A DNA stretch of 51,535 bases from a virus (taxonomy: Duplodnaviria; Caudoviricetes): the IMG/VR virus record IMGVR_UViG_3300021411_000008, positions 1-51,535 of that record; one strand, written 5' to 3'. Made by a program: the position numbers and the translations under genes. This document shows, in pieces, positions 35,995 through 46,855 of this stretch. The notes beneath the pieces are model-generated. The model was not told the origin of the DNA and made no database searches. It saw only the letters and a list, made by a program, of their open reading frames with translations. Each line of letters opens with the position of its first letter. Within the stretch, counting starts at the first letter, position 1.

Positions 35995-36991
35995 ATGACA
36001 TACGAAGAAAGAGAACTCGGCGAGTGGCTGTCAGCCGCGCTTGATGATCCGAAAGCGTGTGAGGAGTTTAAGGAAGCTATTCGTGCGTGGTTTGAGTCGA
36101 TCGAAGAGCGTGAGAGCAATCAGTCTTTACAAGATAAAGATGATAACATCAGGAGGGATTAAAATGTCTGACAGCAAGTTTGATAACGAACAGGACTATG
36201 ACAAGAAGCGCCAATTACTTCTTGAGGAGATGGTCGGCGATGTGCTCACGCAAGGGATACCCAAAGAGCAAATTGCTACTCGTACTGTGAGTATGATCAT
36301 CATGTGTAAGGGGAATATCAATCGCTGGCAGGAAGCAATCGAGCTTATGTTCGATGTGATTGAGCAAGTCACGATTGCTCGTGAAAGGATGGACAAAGAT
36401 GTTAACCCGAGTTCCTGAAGAATTCCTCAATGTGTTTCGTGTTGCGAGCAAACGTGAGGTTACATTTGCGCTGGTCGATAAGAAGGCGGCGGAGCGTATG
36501 AGGTTCAAGTTTAACAAAATCCGTGCTCGTATGCGCAAGGAAAACCATCCGCTGTTGAATGAAGCGGAGCGTGTGATGTTCCAGATCAGGGACAATATCA
36601 TGATCGCGACTCCGACCGTGGGCGACTACATGGATGATATCATGGAGGCGTTGCAGCCGCATAAGGAGCTGTTGAAGCAAGCGCATCTTCAGGAGAAGGA
36701 AAGCGATGATGCATGGTTGGCCGAAGAGGCCATACGAATGAGCGAGCTTCAGGATAAAGTTAATGCTCGCAAGCAGGCAAAGGAAGTTAGCATTCAAGAT
36801 TTGCTGGGGAAAAAGTGATGGAACCTGATTTCTGGTACATAGTAGGATACGGATATGAGGTTGTCATATTCCGCACGAAAGAAGAAGCTGAAAAAGCAGC
36901 GGACGATTCGTCTGGCGGTAGCGGATACTGGTATGTATTCGGGGGTCGCTATGGTGAAGAGTTTTCTGGTTGGATAGGGGATCATGTGTGA
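35995..36991 (+). other. Four small hypothetical CDSs (35995-36162, 36164-36418, 36399-36818, 36818-36991)
   Basis: RBSs and stop/start overlaps; the first carries a WLSAALDDP motif. Confidence 0.5.
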
Positions 36992-37449
36992 TGAGCCAGA
37001 TGTTATTCGAACACAAATACCCAAAGAAGCACAACCTCGACAACGCGAGTGTGATACGCAGTAAGACTCATATCATCGATTTCCTATTCGGTGGACGGGC
37101 AAAATTTACGTTGAAGTCGCTGAAGACGGGGAAGTCTATTGCCTTTCACACTAAGCCCAAGAATCATTACATCGCAGTGCATACTCTCGATAAAGATATC
37201 TACTGCGGTGCGATCACGAAGGCGCAAGGTGATCAGATCAAATTCAAACCCGCTGAGCAATACACATGCACGGCCATCGATGCGTTCGAGTGGTTCTGTC
37301 GGCACTTCACTGAGTGGGATAGGATCGAACTCTGGCATCATGGCGAGTGCAGTATGTGTGGCCGCCGGTTGACTGATCCGAAGTCGATCGAGCGTGGCAT
37401 CGGTCCAACGTGCTATGAAGCACATAGTAGAGGAGAGTTACCGTTTTGA
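36991..37449 (+). CDS. DUF6011-like Zn-ribbon protein
   Basis: C-terminal CSMCGRRLTDPKSIERGIGPTC. Confidence 0.75.
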   Translation: MSQMLFEHKYPKKHNLDNASVIRSKTHIIDFLFGGRAKFTLKSLKTGKSIAFHTKPKNHYIAVHTLDKDIYCGAITKAQGDQIKFKPAEQYTCTAIDAFEWFCRHFTEWDRIELWHHGECSMCGRRLTDPKSIERGIGPTCYEAHSRGELPF

Positions 37450-38409
37450 GCACTAAGATTGACGACGAGCGCCGCGATGATATCTGTAAGATGGGTAAAG
37501 GCTCGTATTGCTGTCGATATCTCGTATGTGGCGCGGAAGGGTTTGAATGCGCCAAACACACGTCATTAAAAGAAACCATCGACCGCCGAGTACGCTGGGG
37601 ACAGTTCACTGCTCGCGGGGATAATTGTGAAGGATTACACGAATGAAACAGCTATTCAACCATAAAGATTCACCGCGCGCACAGACGAAAGTCGATGTGA
37701 CTTTTCTTCAGTTGTACGGAATCGTACGCTCGAAGCTCGACACGTTCGACACGCTCGTCTGTGACCCCGACGCATTCTGTCAGCAGATGTGTGTTCAGAT
37801 CGAGCGCCAGATGGGGATATATCCGAACATCGAGGGCATGGAAATGGAAGCGTGGGAGAAGAAAGATGCGTAATAACCCTAGCACTAAGCGCAAGTTCGC
37901 CAAGTTGCTCGCGCAATTCGAGGGCGCCGTGGCGGATCACGCTATGTCCGAGACACCGGAAGAGCTTGACGGCAACAAGAAGATCATGTTGATCCGGCGG
38001 CAGCAGCTGCTCGATTTCCTCGGCATAACGGAGTTGTCGGAATGATGGACCGCTATCAAAACGCGATCTTCAACGCGGCGATTAAGTTCGTCCGCGCTGT
38101 CGAGTTGCCAGAGAGCGCGGATTGCAAGCTCGAAGACTCGTATCTTAATCTCAAAGCCACAGTCAAGATGTGGGAGCGGGCAAAGAAGCATAAGGAGGAG
38201 CATACATGAAAAAGCTCACCAATCGAGCAAAGATGATACTGCTTCGCGCTGCTGTTCACGACTTCGAGAAGGCTCACAAGGCGTGGGAAGACCTTGATAA
38301 AGGCGAAGCTAATTCTCATATGAATCAGGTTCTGGCCAACACTGCGACGACGCGGCACACGCTGATTCAGTTATGTAGGGAGCTTGTCAAAGATGACCCA
38401 AATTCTTAA
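37446..38409 (+). other. Run of five coupled small hypothetical CDSs (37446-37646, 37643-37873, 37866-38045, 38042-38209, 38206-38409)
   Basis: Stop/start overlaps; the first is Cys-rich. Confidence 0.5.
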
Positions 38410-38659
38410 CGTCCCTGATAATATCATCAAGCTCTCGGTCGAGTACGGCCGATCTGAGCACGTCTGGTTCTGCTGGTTGCTTACTACCACTCATTGGTAT
38501 CGTGGCAAAGGCTCGACCATGCAGTCCGCACTCGATGATGCGGGCATGAAGCTGGCCAAGGGTATTCATCTTGGCATTAACCCTCCGGACCCTGATCCGA
38601 AGAAATACGACAAACGAAGGAAGGTCGATGTTGATCAAAAGCTTAGTGATTTATTCTAG
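38393..38659 (+). CDS. Hypothetical protein ending QKLSDLF
   Basis: 88 aa, coupled. Confidence 0.55.
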   Translation: MTQILNVPDNIIKLSVEYGRSEHVWFCWLLTTTHWYRGKGSTMQSALDDAGMKLAKGIHLGINPPDPDPKKYDKRRKVDVDQKLSDLF

Positions 38660-38924
38660 TATAGTATTACCCATTCACGAGGCCCCGCTCGGTTGGCAGT
38701 ACGGCGCGGATTGTTGTGCTATGACTGACTGCTATCAGGAGGATAGTAATAATGTCCGAGAGTATTATAACGGATACTTCATTGTCTCCGCGCATGAAAC
38801 AATACCTTACAGAGACAAGCGAATCCGACAGAGTCAAGATGGGTACTTTCATCGCTGCACTCCGCTTGGAGACAAAGATGCTCCAAGAAGCATCTGCTTG
38901 TACGTCCCACCACGAGGATTTTGA
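38628..38924 (+). CDS. Small exported Cys-rich protein (HEAPLGWQY..CC...DC type)
   Basis: Hydrophobic N-terminus, CCxxxDC, SQDGYFHRC and CLYVPP; as I recall, a family found in rhizobia and their phages. Confidence 0.6.
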   Translation: MLIKSLVIYSSIVLPIHEAPLGWQYGADCCAMTDCYQEDSNNVREYYNGYFIVSAHETIPYRDKRIRQSQDGYFHRCTPLGDKDAPRSICLYVPPRGF

Positions 38925-38925
38925 A

Positions 38926-40618
38926 ATGAACGATAACTCGCAGCATCCAGACCGGGAGTATCTCGGCGACTCGGTCTATGTTGATTACAACTCGACGCGG
39001 CAGATCGTGTTGCAGTTGGAGAACGGCATGGGCGTGCATACCGAGATTGTGCTCGAGCCCGAAGTGTTCGATGAATTGGTAAACTATGTCGAGCGGATGT
39101 TGGAGAAATACAGATGAAAAGTTTTCTTTCGTGGCTTTATCACAAGCTCGGTATCGAAAAGGACTACCATCGCGGCTGGAGACACTGCGATGAGGAGATA
39201 AAAATCGGCACACCGTTATTCCGTTTGGAAATGTGGTGGGAAGCCTGCTCGTGGAATGACGAATACGATCGGGGATTTGCTGATCGTTTAAAGAAGGAGA
39301 TTAAAGACAGTGATCTCCTATAACCTGCAACTAGAGTACTTGAACTGGTGTTTGAGACTCTCATTTTTATGGAGCATGATACAATGGTTATGAAACTCGA
39401 AGCATTCAAACGCTTGTTCCACCCAGCTTGGGATCAGCCCGAAGACGAAGTTGAAGTCGTCTTCCGTTGCCCGGCCGTTAATCAGTACGGAGCGACGTTT
39501 GTCGAAATGCCAATGAAGGAGACCACGTTCGATGTGGCCAAAAAACTCTGGATTATTACGCTGGATATCGGCAAGGAGTTCGGGAGCAATAAGCCCGAAG
39601 GAGAAGACTACCCTCCAGTCGAAGACGGCCCGCTCCACTCCCATGGACAGGCTGAACCTCACTCGCACGACTTCGGCGGAGCAAAACATACACACGAAGA
39701 TGGAGTACCCGTGGCCGATGAACCGAGTGACACTTAAGATCATGCTCGCTGCGTGTGAGAATAAGCTGGTGGATTTCAGACTTCAGCTTGAAGCACGTGA
39801 GCGGGCCGACAATAACGAAATCCAAGGCGCACATGAGTTAGGTCAGCGCCTTGGAGAGCATTACTGGCAGGAGTCGCATGTGTTGCGGCAGAAGGTGAAA
39901 TCTGCTGAATTGCTGCGTGAGACATTACTCGAAGCATTGGAGGAGAATAAGGGAAATGAGTGACACCATTCATATGATGTGCCCGATTTACTCGACGTTT
40001 GAAGGGCAAATGGTGACTACTCAAATTAAGGTAGACACACAACTTACGTCAGATCGCGAAGAAATGCTTCGAGATTTAGCACTCAAAGCTGTCAAGCAGT
40101 ACGAAGATAATATTCGTCAGACAGTGTATGAGTTTCTTGAAGACAGGTTCCGCGATGCGTTCGATAAAGGAGGATGGTAATGCCTAGACTCGGACTTGGA
40201 CAGAATATGCAAAACAAACGTATCCGTGACTTGGAAGCGCGGATTAGCAATCTCGAATCACGGGCGGAATTAACTGCCCATGCTATGGTGAAAATGATCG
40301 ATCAACTATTCGATCTAAAAATGGGAGCTAAACATGCCGAAGCCAGTATGCGTGAAGTGTCAACGGTTCTATCGGCCAAAGAAGAACGGTTACGTGTGGA
40401 CCGAAATGAAGCCGCGAGGCGGTGTACAGGTACCGCAAGGAACGGAAGCTCCTGAAATGTGGGAGCCGTACCAAATCTGGCATTCTGATTTGTGGGAGTG
40501 TAAGGGTTGCGGTAGTGAAATCGTTGTCGGCCATTGCGGCTCACCTATTTCGCGGGACTATATGGAAGACTTCGAACGTACTCTGACGCTTAGTCAGAGC
40601 GTGGTGAACGACTGCTGA
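38926..40618 (+). other. Run of small hypothetical CDSs (38926-39117, 39114-39323, ~39369-39737, 39718-39963, 39956-40180, 40174-40455, 40334-40618 Zn-ribbon)
   Basis: Coupled ORFs; the last has CVKC...CKGC. Confidence 0.5.
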
Positions 40619-40627
40619 AACGTTAAT

Positions 40628-40691
40628 GACACACTTAATGGTTGCAAATTCGGGCGGAACATGCCACAATTAACAAATCATTAAGTGTGTC
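40628..40691. promoter_or_regulatory. Compound operator-like site: full palindrome 40665-40689 plus an extra half-site at 40630
   Basis: CACAATTAA-CAAATCA-TTAAGTGTG; outer 13-bp inverted repeat GACACACTTAATG / CATTAAGTGTGTC. Confidence 0.7.
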
Positions 40692-40727
40692 GTCTCAGTT
40701 TTACTCAAATTTTCGCGGGAAAATATC

Positions 40728-41096
40728 ATGGGTTTAAAATTCAAAGAGTCATGGAAATTCGAGTGCGATAACTGTCACAAAGAATTAACCTATGCTGTTG
40801 TCCCGAAGGAGCAACGACCCCCGACGTGGCACCGCTACGCGGATGAGTTTACAGAATTTGATGATTTCGGCAACGCACTACGCTCACATACGAAGAGGAT
40901 AATTCTATGTGACGAGTGCGCGCCGCTATTAATCCCGCAACGGACATCCTCCCCCGAAGCGGTGATGCTCGCGAGTAAATATCGCGGGCTAACTGGCGAG
41001 CAGGTGTTGGACCTTGACCCCGACGTCCTGCTCGCCGATCTTCATTCCTTAGCGAGTGAGGTGCTTACTACCAGCCCGACCAAGGGAGATGAATAA
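40728..41096 (+). CDS. Zn-finger hypothetical protein
   Basis: CDNC...CDEC. Confidence 0.55.
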   Translation: MGLKFKESWKFECDNCHKELTYAVVPKEQRPPTWHRYADEFTEFDDFGNALRSHTKRIILCDECAPLLIPQRTSSPEAVMLASKYRGLTGEQVLDLDPDVLLADLHSLASEVLTTSPTKGDE

Positions 41097-41311
41097 TGGC
41101 GCGGCCGTATGGAGCTACCAAACGCAAGCGGGTTAATCTATATATCGATGAGACCACGCTGACCGAGTTGCAGATATTTTTCTTCGACCCGGCGCGAGGT
41201 AAGGCGGAGTACGGTGCGCTAAGTGAACTCGTTAACATCCTATTAAAGGATCAACTCAGACTCATGAAGGAGAAAGCTGCAAATGCCCATGTCAGCGGTC
41301 GATCAAGATAA
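41096..41311 (+). CDS. Ribbon-helix-helix-like DNA-binding protein
   Basis: KRKRVNLYID beta ribbon, helix, and GALSELVNILL second helix. Confidence 0.6.
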   Translation: MARPYGATKRKRVNLYIDETTLTELQIFFFDPARGKAEYGALSELVNILLKDQLRLMKEKAANAHVSGRSR

Positions 41312-41489
41312 AATCTCGGATTACATCCGACAGATTCGTGATCTGCGAGAGAAGCAGCTTAGCGGGACAACGCTCACGGATGAGGAGTTGAAGCAGGGAA
41401 TGTCTTTGCTCGCTAAGGTGCGGACAGTAAGGGCGGGTAAGAGTATCGCGCCTGATAATGCGGCGCAGTCGTTGAGCGACCTGTTCTAA
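41283..41489 (+). CDS. Small helical protein ending QSLSDLF
   Basis: 68 aa, RBS AAGGAG. Confidence 0.6.
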   Translation: MPMSAVDQDKISDYIRQIRDLREKQLSGTTLTDEELKQGMSLLAKVRTVRAGKSIAPDNAAQSLSDLF

Positions 41490-41507
41490 TCAGGTCTTAT
41501 TATAGGA

Positions 41508-41738
41508 GTGGCTTCCATGAGCTTTAGATATCCAGTATATTGGGACAAGGCGCGAGTTGAAAAGCTTCGCGCTGACGTTGTTTATATGCGAGACTATACG
41601 ACACCGATGATTGCTCACAAAGAGCATGCGGTGCTCGACAATGTAGCTACGATATTGTACTACATTCTCAATCCCGTAACGGAACCGGATGACACAAGCG
41701 ACGGTCCTGTCGGCATGGATGAGGCGGCAACAGAATGA
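41508..41738 (+). CDS. Hypothetical protein
   Basis: 76 aa, RBS AGGAG. Confidence 0.5.
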   Translation: MASMSFRYPVYWDKARVEKLRADVVYMRDYTTPMIAHKEHAVLDNVATILYYILNPVTEPDDTSDGPVGMDEAATE

Positions 41739-42670
41739 AATTCTCCGACGCAGCTTACGCTCGCGCGACGTTCCCGGCTGTAGTTGACAGCACGATCGTT
41801 CTCGCTTCTGCCTGTCCGGTTAAGTTCTTCTACGAACGTTGTCTTAACCTAGCGCCGCATCAAAAATCTATTCACCTCCATGCCGGTGGCGCTTTCGCTC
41901 ACTTTATGCAAATAACACGTGAGCATTTCTACAAGAACCACGAGACGTTGGAGCAATCCATGCTCCATGCCATGCGTGAGTTCATTACCTTCTGGGGCGA
42001 CTACGATGAACCTTCTGCAAGTTACAAGACGTTTGAAAATACTCTGGCAGCAGCCTTCGATTATTTCCGTGTATATCCTCCGGCTAGCGATCACATTCAG
42101 CCTCTTATTAAGTCTAATGGTGATCCTGCGGTGGAGTTTACATTTGGTATACCTATTCCAATCGCACATCCTGTATCTGGCGAGCCTATCATTTACGCTG
42201 GCCGTTGTGATATGCTTGGTGTTCTTAACGGACGAATGAATGTGATTGTCGATGAAAAAACTACGTACACCTTTACCGAAGGCTGGGCCAAAAACTTTGC
42301 CATGCGTGGTCAGTTTCTGGGCTATACGTGGGCTGCTCAGCAAGCAGGACAGAAGATACGTGCGGCAGTCATTCGCGGCATTGGTATTCAACAGAAGGAT
42401 ATCAAGCACCAAGAAGCGATGCTGACATTCCCGCAATGGCAGATCGACCGCTGGTATCAGGAGATGTGCCAGAAGGTGCAATATTTAAAGACCTGCTGGG
42501 AGATGAACTCTTGGCCAGTTAACTATGGTGACATATGCTCATCGTATGGCGGCTGTGCTATGATGGACCTATGCACTTCGCAATATCCCGAAACATGGTT
42601 TGGCACCTTTGCTGTGCGTCCGTGGAATCCACTCGATCCTATCAACAAAGGAGCCTCTAATGCCAGCTGA
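41735..42670 (+). CDS. PD-(D/E)XK (RecB/Cas4-like) exonuclease
   Basis: CP.KF, G.A.H, VE..F, GRCD, VDEKTT, Q..GY, and C-terminal C...GC...LC cluster ligands. Confidence 0.85.
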   Translation: MKFSDAAYARATFPAVVDSTIVLASACPVKFFYERCLNLAPHQKSIHLHAGGAFAHFMQITREHFYKNHETLEQSMLHAMREFITFWGDYDEPSASYKTFENTLAAAFDYFRVYPPASDHIQPLIKSNGDPAVEFTFGIPIPIAHPVSGEPIIYAGRCDMLGVLNGRMNVIVDEKTTYTFTEGWAKNFAMRGQFLGYTWAAQQAGQKIRAAVIRGIGIQQKDIKHQEAMLTFPQWQIDRWYQEMCQKVQYLKTCWEMNSWPVNYGDICSSYGGCAMMDLCTSQYPETWFGTFAVRPWNPLDPINKGASNAS

Positions 42671-43592
42671 TTTCACGCCGACCCCTCCTCCAGTGAATGT
42701 AAACGAGGTGATCGATGATGCAGACGATAGACGAACTCCGGGCGGAAGTAAGACTTTGCTTCTTGGCCCTCCCGGCTCCGGTAAGACAACGAGTCTTGTC
42801 ACATTTATCGAACAAGGTATTGAACTTTTTGTGCTCGGTACTGACCCCGGATTCGAAGAGTCCATCCTCGATGCAATTCACGAGCGAGGATTGGACATCA
42901 ATAAGCTCCACTATAAGTATATTGGAGCGGGAACTCCTAGTTTTAAAGCACTTAGAAACGCTGCTGAGAAAGTCGGCACGATGAGCTATACGGATTTGAC
43001 GAGCATCAAGTCAGGCGTCGATAAGCATTTGTATCGGCAATACTATGACGTGGTAGATACTCTCGCGGATTTTGTCTGCGATCGGTGCAAGAAATCATTC
43101 GGTGCGACCGACGAGTGGACGCCTGAACAAATGCGGTGCCTTGCCATCGACTCACTGACTGGCATTAATCGCATGGTGCTTGATCTTATGGTTGGCGGCA
43201 AGCCGATAGCACACCAAGGCGAGTACGGTGTTGCGATGGAAATGGAGGAGAAGCTGGTGCTTACTCTGTGCAGCAACCTCCGCTGCTTCCTTGTCATCAC
43301 CGCACACTTGGACAAAGAACCTAATCTGCTAACTGGAGTCCCCCAACAAATGGTTGGCGCTCTCGGCTCCAAGCTAGCACCGAAGCTTCCAAGATCGTTC
43401 TCGGATGTTATCCTAGCGGTTAAGGAGGGACGTGAGTTTACGTGGTCTACTGCGGCGACGAACGTTGATCTGAAGAACCGCTCGGTCCCACTCGGCGAGA
43501 AGTTGCAACCCAACTTCAAGTATATGGTGGACGCGTGGAAGAGGAGAGTCGAACAATTTAAAAGCGAAACTCCTACAACTGAACAAAACTAA
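42660..43592 (+). CDS. AAA_24 / Sak4-like ATPase
   Basis: GPPGSGKTT Walker A, LAIDSLT Walker B, VITAH; between nuclease and SSB. Confidence 0.82.
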   Translation: MPADFTPTPPPVNVNEVIDDADDRRTPGGSKTLLLGPPGSGKTTSLVTFIEQGIELFVLGTDPGFEESILDAIHERGLDINKLHYKYIGAGTPSFKALRNAAEKVGTMSYTDLTSIKSGVDKHLYRQYYDVVDTLADFVCDRCKKSFGATDEWTPEQMRCLAIDSLTGINRMVLDLMVGGKPIAHQGEYGVAMEMEEKLVLTLCSNLRCFLVITAHLDKEPNLLTGVPQQMVGALGSKLAPKLPRSFSDVILAVKEGREFTWSTAATNVDLKNRSVPLGEKLQPNFKYMVDAWKRRVEQFKSETPTTEQN

Positions 43593-43628
43593 ACTGTACC
43601 ATACATAACCAAACAAAGGAACAATACC

Positions 43629-44087
43629 ATGTCAGTATTTGACAAAGACACCTTTCTGAATACCTCCGTCTCCGGCGCATTGGACAGTGAATATACTCCA
43701 ATTCCCGAGGACGATTATAAAGCCTTCATTGATACTCTCGATATGGGTGAGTACAAAGATCCTGAGCGCGGGAACGTACCCGTGCTGATCATCACGTATG
43801 CTCTCATCGAAGTCGATCACCTGAAGGAAGAACTCGGCATTGTGAAGCCGACCGTGCAGGATCGTCTGTTCCTCGATGTCGAGAACGGCGCGCTCTCCTT
43901 CGGTCCGAACAAGAATGTCAAGCTCGGCCAGGTGCGGGAAGCTGTCAACCAGAACGACGCTAAGAAGGCATGGAATATGAACATGCTTCGTGGCGCCGGC
44001 CCGGTCGTACTCAAGGTCACACATCGGTTCAACAAGGCCGGTGAAGGACCTTTCTCAAACGTTGCTCGCATTGCGCGACCGGCATAG
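43629..44087 (+). CDS. Putative single-stranded DNA-binding protein (DUF669-like)
   Basis: YTPIPEDDY N-terminus, OB-like composition, canonical position after Sak4, strong RBS and codon bias. Confidence 0.65.
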   Translation: MSVFDKDTFLNTSVSGALDSEYTPIPEDDYKAFIDTLDMGEYKDPERGNVPVLIITYALIEVDHLKEELGIVKPTVQDRLFLDVENGALSFGPNKNVKLGQVREAVNQNDAKKAWNMNMLRGAGPVVLKVTHRFNKAGEGPFSNVARIARPA

Positions 44088-44213
44088 TTTTGCCACTCCC
44101 ATGCTAGGTCGCTAGCTTAGCGTGTGAGCAACTAGGAGGTGGGGAGGACATGCCTGTTCAAGCCCACTCTTCCCACCTCCGCTCTACCGAAACGTCAACA
44201 TGGAGTAAAGAAA

Positions 44214-44943
44214 ATGACGCTTCCAATGGTAAATAATCAGAGCTTTATTAATTTCCTTCGCAAGCAGCCACCGGAGCGCAAGTATGCGTACACCGATAAC
44301 CGCAACTGCGCAATCTGCAAATTCTTCCAGTCGTATGGCTTCCGTGATGTAGTCGTAGACGGTAATACATACCGGCTCGACGGAACATGGGAAAGCATGA
44401 AGAAGCTTCCCGAAGGATGGAATGCTGTAGCATTGGCGGGTTATCCTGCTCCCACATTCGGCGCCGCGTACGAGCGTGCACTGGAGCTGCTCGACTAATG
44501 AAAGAAGAATACACAAAGGCCGAGGTGGAGTTCAAAACTTGTAAAGAGTTGTCGATACTTATTGCCGTCAACGATGAAGAGTTTTGGATACCTCGGTCTT
44601 TGCTATCATACCGGAGTGATATGCAAGTTGAACGGCTGAGTCGTGGGGAGACATTCACGATTGAGTTGTTAACTTGGAAAGCGGAGAGGATAGGGTTAGG
44701 ATGATGGATATTCTGAGATGCAGTAAGAACATATTCTATCTCGAATCGATCGAGAGGAATATGAAACACCTGATCGATATCATGAACAATGATGATACTG
44801 TTATGAAACCCGGTATTCAATATGAAGCCACTTGCGATAACCTTGACTGGCTTCAATGCTATATCGAAGAACTCAAGAAGGAGCAAGTAGATGCAAGTAC
44901 CACCACGAAAACTGGACTTGAAGGGCAACCGCCTGCCGGATAA
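44214..44943 (+). other. Three small hypothetical CDSs (44214-44498, 44498-44704, 44701-44943)
   Basis: Coupled ORFs. Confidence 0.5.
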
Positions 44944-45463
44944 GTTCGCTACTACAGCGGATCAGCAGGACGCTATGGAAGCATGTCAAGCGGCGAACCC
45001 GCTCATGCCTGTGCCTTGTGATCCACAATGTGCTCCGGCGCAAGCTCAGAAGCAAAAGCATGTCTGTCCTACATGTCGCGGCTACGGTCACGTCATAACC
45101 GACGTTGTGAACGGTGATAGCAAACCGTGCCCGACATGCACCGCGACGTGGAACTATGAGCCGGACCCTGAAGCATGGGAGTCTGATCCACCTCCCGCTA
45201 TGCCTGATCCTTCTTGTGCTCCGCATCCAAAAACCGGACTGCGGCCGTGGGAGCTTAAAGCTATTCACGACGATGCGATGGATACTATTCAATCCGGCGG
45301 GATTATGAAGAACTACGGTATTCAGTCAGCAGAAAGCGCCCGCCAAACAGCAACGGAGGTGATGCAGAAACAAAAAGAAGCACAACAGAAATACTTTGAT
45401 GACAACCCAGATATTAAGAAGTGGGCTGAATACGTGAAGCGTTGCATAGAGAAAGGAATATAA
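44891..45463 (+). CDS. Hypothetical protein with a DnaJ-type Zn-finger repeat
   Basis: CPTCRGYG...CPTC. Confidence 0.55.
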   Translation: MQVPPRKLDLKGNRLPDKFATTADQQDAMEACQAANPLMPVPCDPQCAPAQAQKQKHVCPTCRGYGHVITDVVNGDSKPCPTCTATWNYEPDPEAWESDPPPAMPDPSCAPHPKTGLRPWELKAIHDDAMDTIQSGGIMKNYGIQSAESARQTATEVMQKQKEAQQKYFDDNPDIKKWAEYVKRCIEKGI

Positions 45464-45464
45464 G

Positions 45465-46721
45465 ATGGAACAGAGTGGCAACTTTGAACTATCCGGTCAG
45501 CAACTCGCGGCGAAGGAACAAATCGAGGTATGGTTTACTAACCTCCGCGCTGGTAAGCCGGAGAATTTAATCTTCCGTTTGTTCGGCTATGCTGGCACGG
45601 GTAAGACAACTACGATCCGAAAGCTGATCGAGGACCTTGAGCTTACAATGGGCGTTGATGTATTCTTCGGCGCCTATACCGGCAAGGCCGCGATGGTTAT
45701 GCGCAAGCAAGGCCTTCCCGCGAGGACAATTCACTCGCTTATATACAAGCCGGTCATGCCGATACGATCGGAGTGCGAGAAGCTAAAGAAGGAATGGCAA
45801 GATGAAGAAGAGGAAGGCGAAAAGAAGCGCAAGAAGATGGAGTACGACAACGCCTGCAAGGTCCGCTTTGTACTCCGAAACAACGACGACCCCAGTGACC
45901 TCGACTCAGCCGAACTCCTCGTCTTGGATGAATGTTCGATGGTCAATGACGACATGCTGGCCGATATTAAGACCTTCGGAGTACCGCTTCTCGTCCTCGG
46001 GGACCCCGGCCAGCTTCCGCCTATCGAAGGAGAAGGAGCACTGACACGTGAGAAACCTGACATCATGCTTACTGAGATACACCGTCAAGCTGAGGGTGAT
46101 CCCATTATTGACTACTCTATTCGTGCTCGCAATGGCATATATATTCCTTATATGTCTCACGGGAAGTCAGGACACTATTATAAGCATCAGATAGATGATG
46201 TGAAGGTGCTTGAGTACGATCAGATTCTGACGGGCAAGAACGTCACTCGGCAAATGCTCAACCAGCAAATCCGGGCGTTGAAGGGATACGAGTCACCTTA
46301 TCCTGTTGTCGGCGAGAAGCTTATCTGTCTCAAGAACGATCCTGAGCACGGACTATTCAACGGCATGATGTGCGAGTGCGTGAGCGTAGGTGATATACTC
46401 GCCGTCAGTATCGAGTTAGAAATCAAACGTGAGACCGATTTGGAAGACTACCCGCCGATGAAAGTGAACGCTCTGCTCGCTCATTTCGACCGCTACTTCG
46501 ACAAGGACGCGCTTGATAAAGTTCCGTGGTGGGATAAGAAAGGTACGAACGAATTCGACTTCGGCTACGCGATCACGGTTCACAAAGCCCAAGGCTCACA
46601 GTGGGACAACGTGTGCTTGTACGATGATAAATTCCTAGCCGGTTGGAAGAAGGAAGAACGCAAGCGGTGGATGTACACGGCGATTACTCGTGCCATCGAA
46701 GGTATTCACATTGTTGACTAG
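45465..46721 (+). CDS. RecD/Dda-like SF1B helicase
   Basis: GYAGTGKTT, TIHSLIY, VLDECSM, GDPGQLPP, LTEIHRQ, YAITVHKAQGS, YTAITRA. Confidence 0.92.
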   Translation: MEQSGNFELSGQQLAAKEQIEVWFTNLRAGKPENLIFRLFGYAGTGKTTTIRKLIEDLELTMGVDVFFGAYTGKAAMVMRKQGLPARTIHSLIYKPVMPIRSECEKLKKEWQDEEEEGEKKRKKMEYDNACKVRFVLRNNDDPSDLDSAELLVLDECSMVNDDMLADIKTFGVPLLVLGDPGQLPPIEGEGALTREKPDIMLTEIHRQAEGDPIIDYSIRARNGIYIPYMSHGKSGHYYKHQIDDVKVLEYDQILTGKNVTRQMLNQQIRALKGYESPYPVVGEKLICLKNDPEHGLFNGMMCECVSVGDILAVSIELEIKRETDLEDYPPMKVNALLAHFDRYFDKDALDKVPWWDKKGTNEFDFGYAITVHKAQGSQWDNVCLYDDKFLAGWKKEERKRWMYTAITRAIEGIHIVD

Positions 46722-46734
46722 TATGTTGCCTAAT

Positions 46735-46855
46735 GACGGCGCGAATGCCGTCTAGGGTAGCAGCTTAAAATCAAAAATTTGCCGGGATTTTTTGGCGACT
46801 GATAGGGATTTTTGATTTTTAGCTGTTATGCTACCAGCGGCAAAAAACCCCGCTG
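46735..46855. other. Multi-hairpin intergenic structure
   Basis: GACGGC/GCCGTC hairpin, 18-bp stem 46761-46778/46808-46825, CAGCGG/CCGCTG hairpin. Confidence 0.65.

Noticed and set aside
41735-42670. Cas4-like nuclease as evidence of a CRISPR-Cas system
   Set aside because: No array or other cas genes; the nuclease-Sak4-SSB context is a standard phage recombination module.
44088-44200. Possible tRNA in structured intergenic regions (also 46722-46890)
   Set aside because: No cloverleaf with a T-loop GTTCRA inside proper stems and no acceptor stem or CCA.
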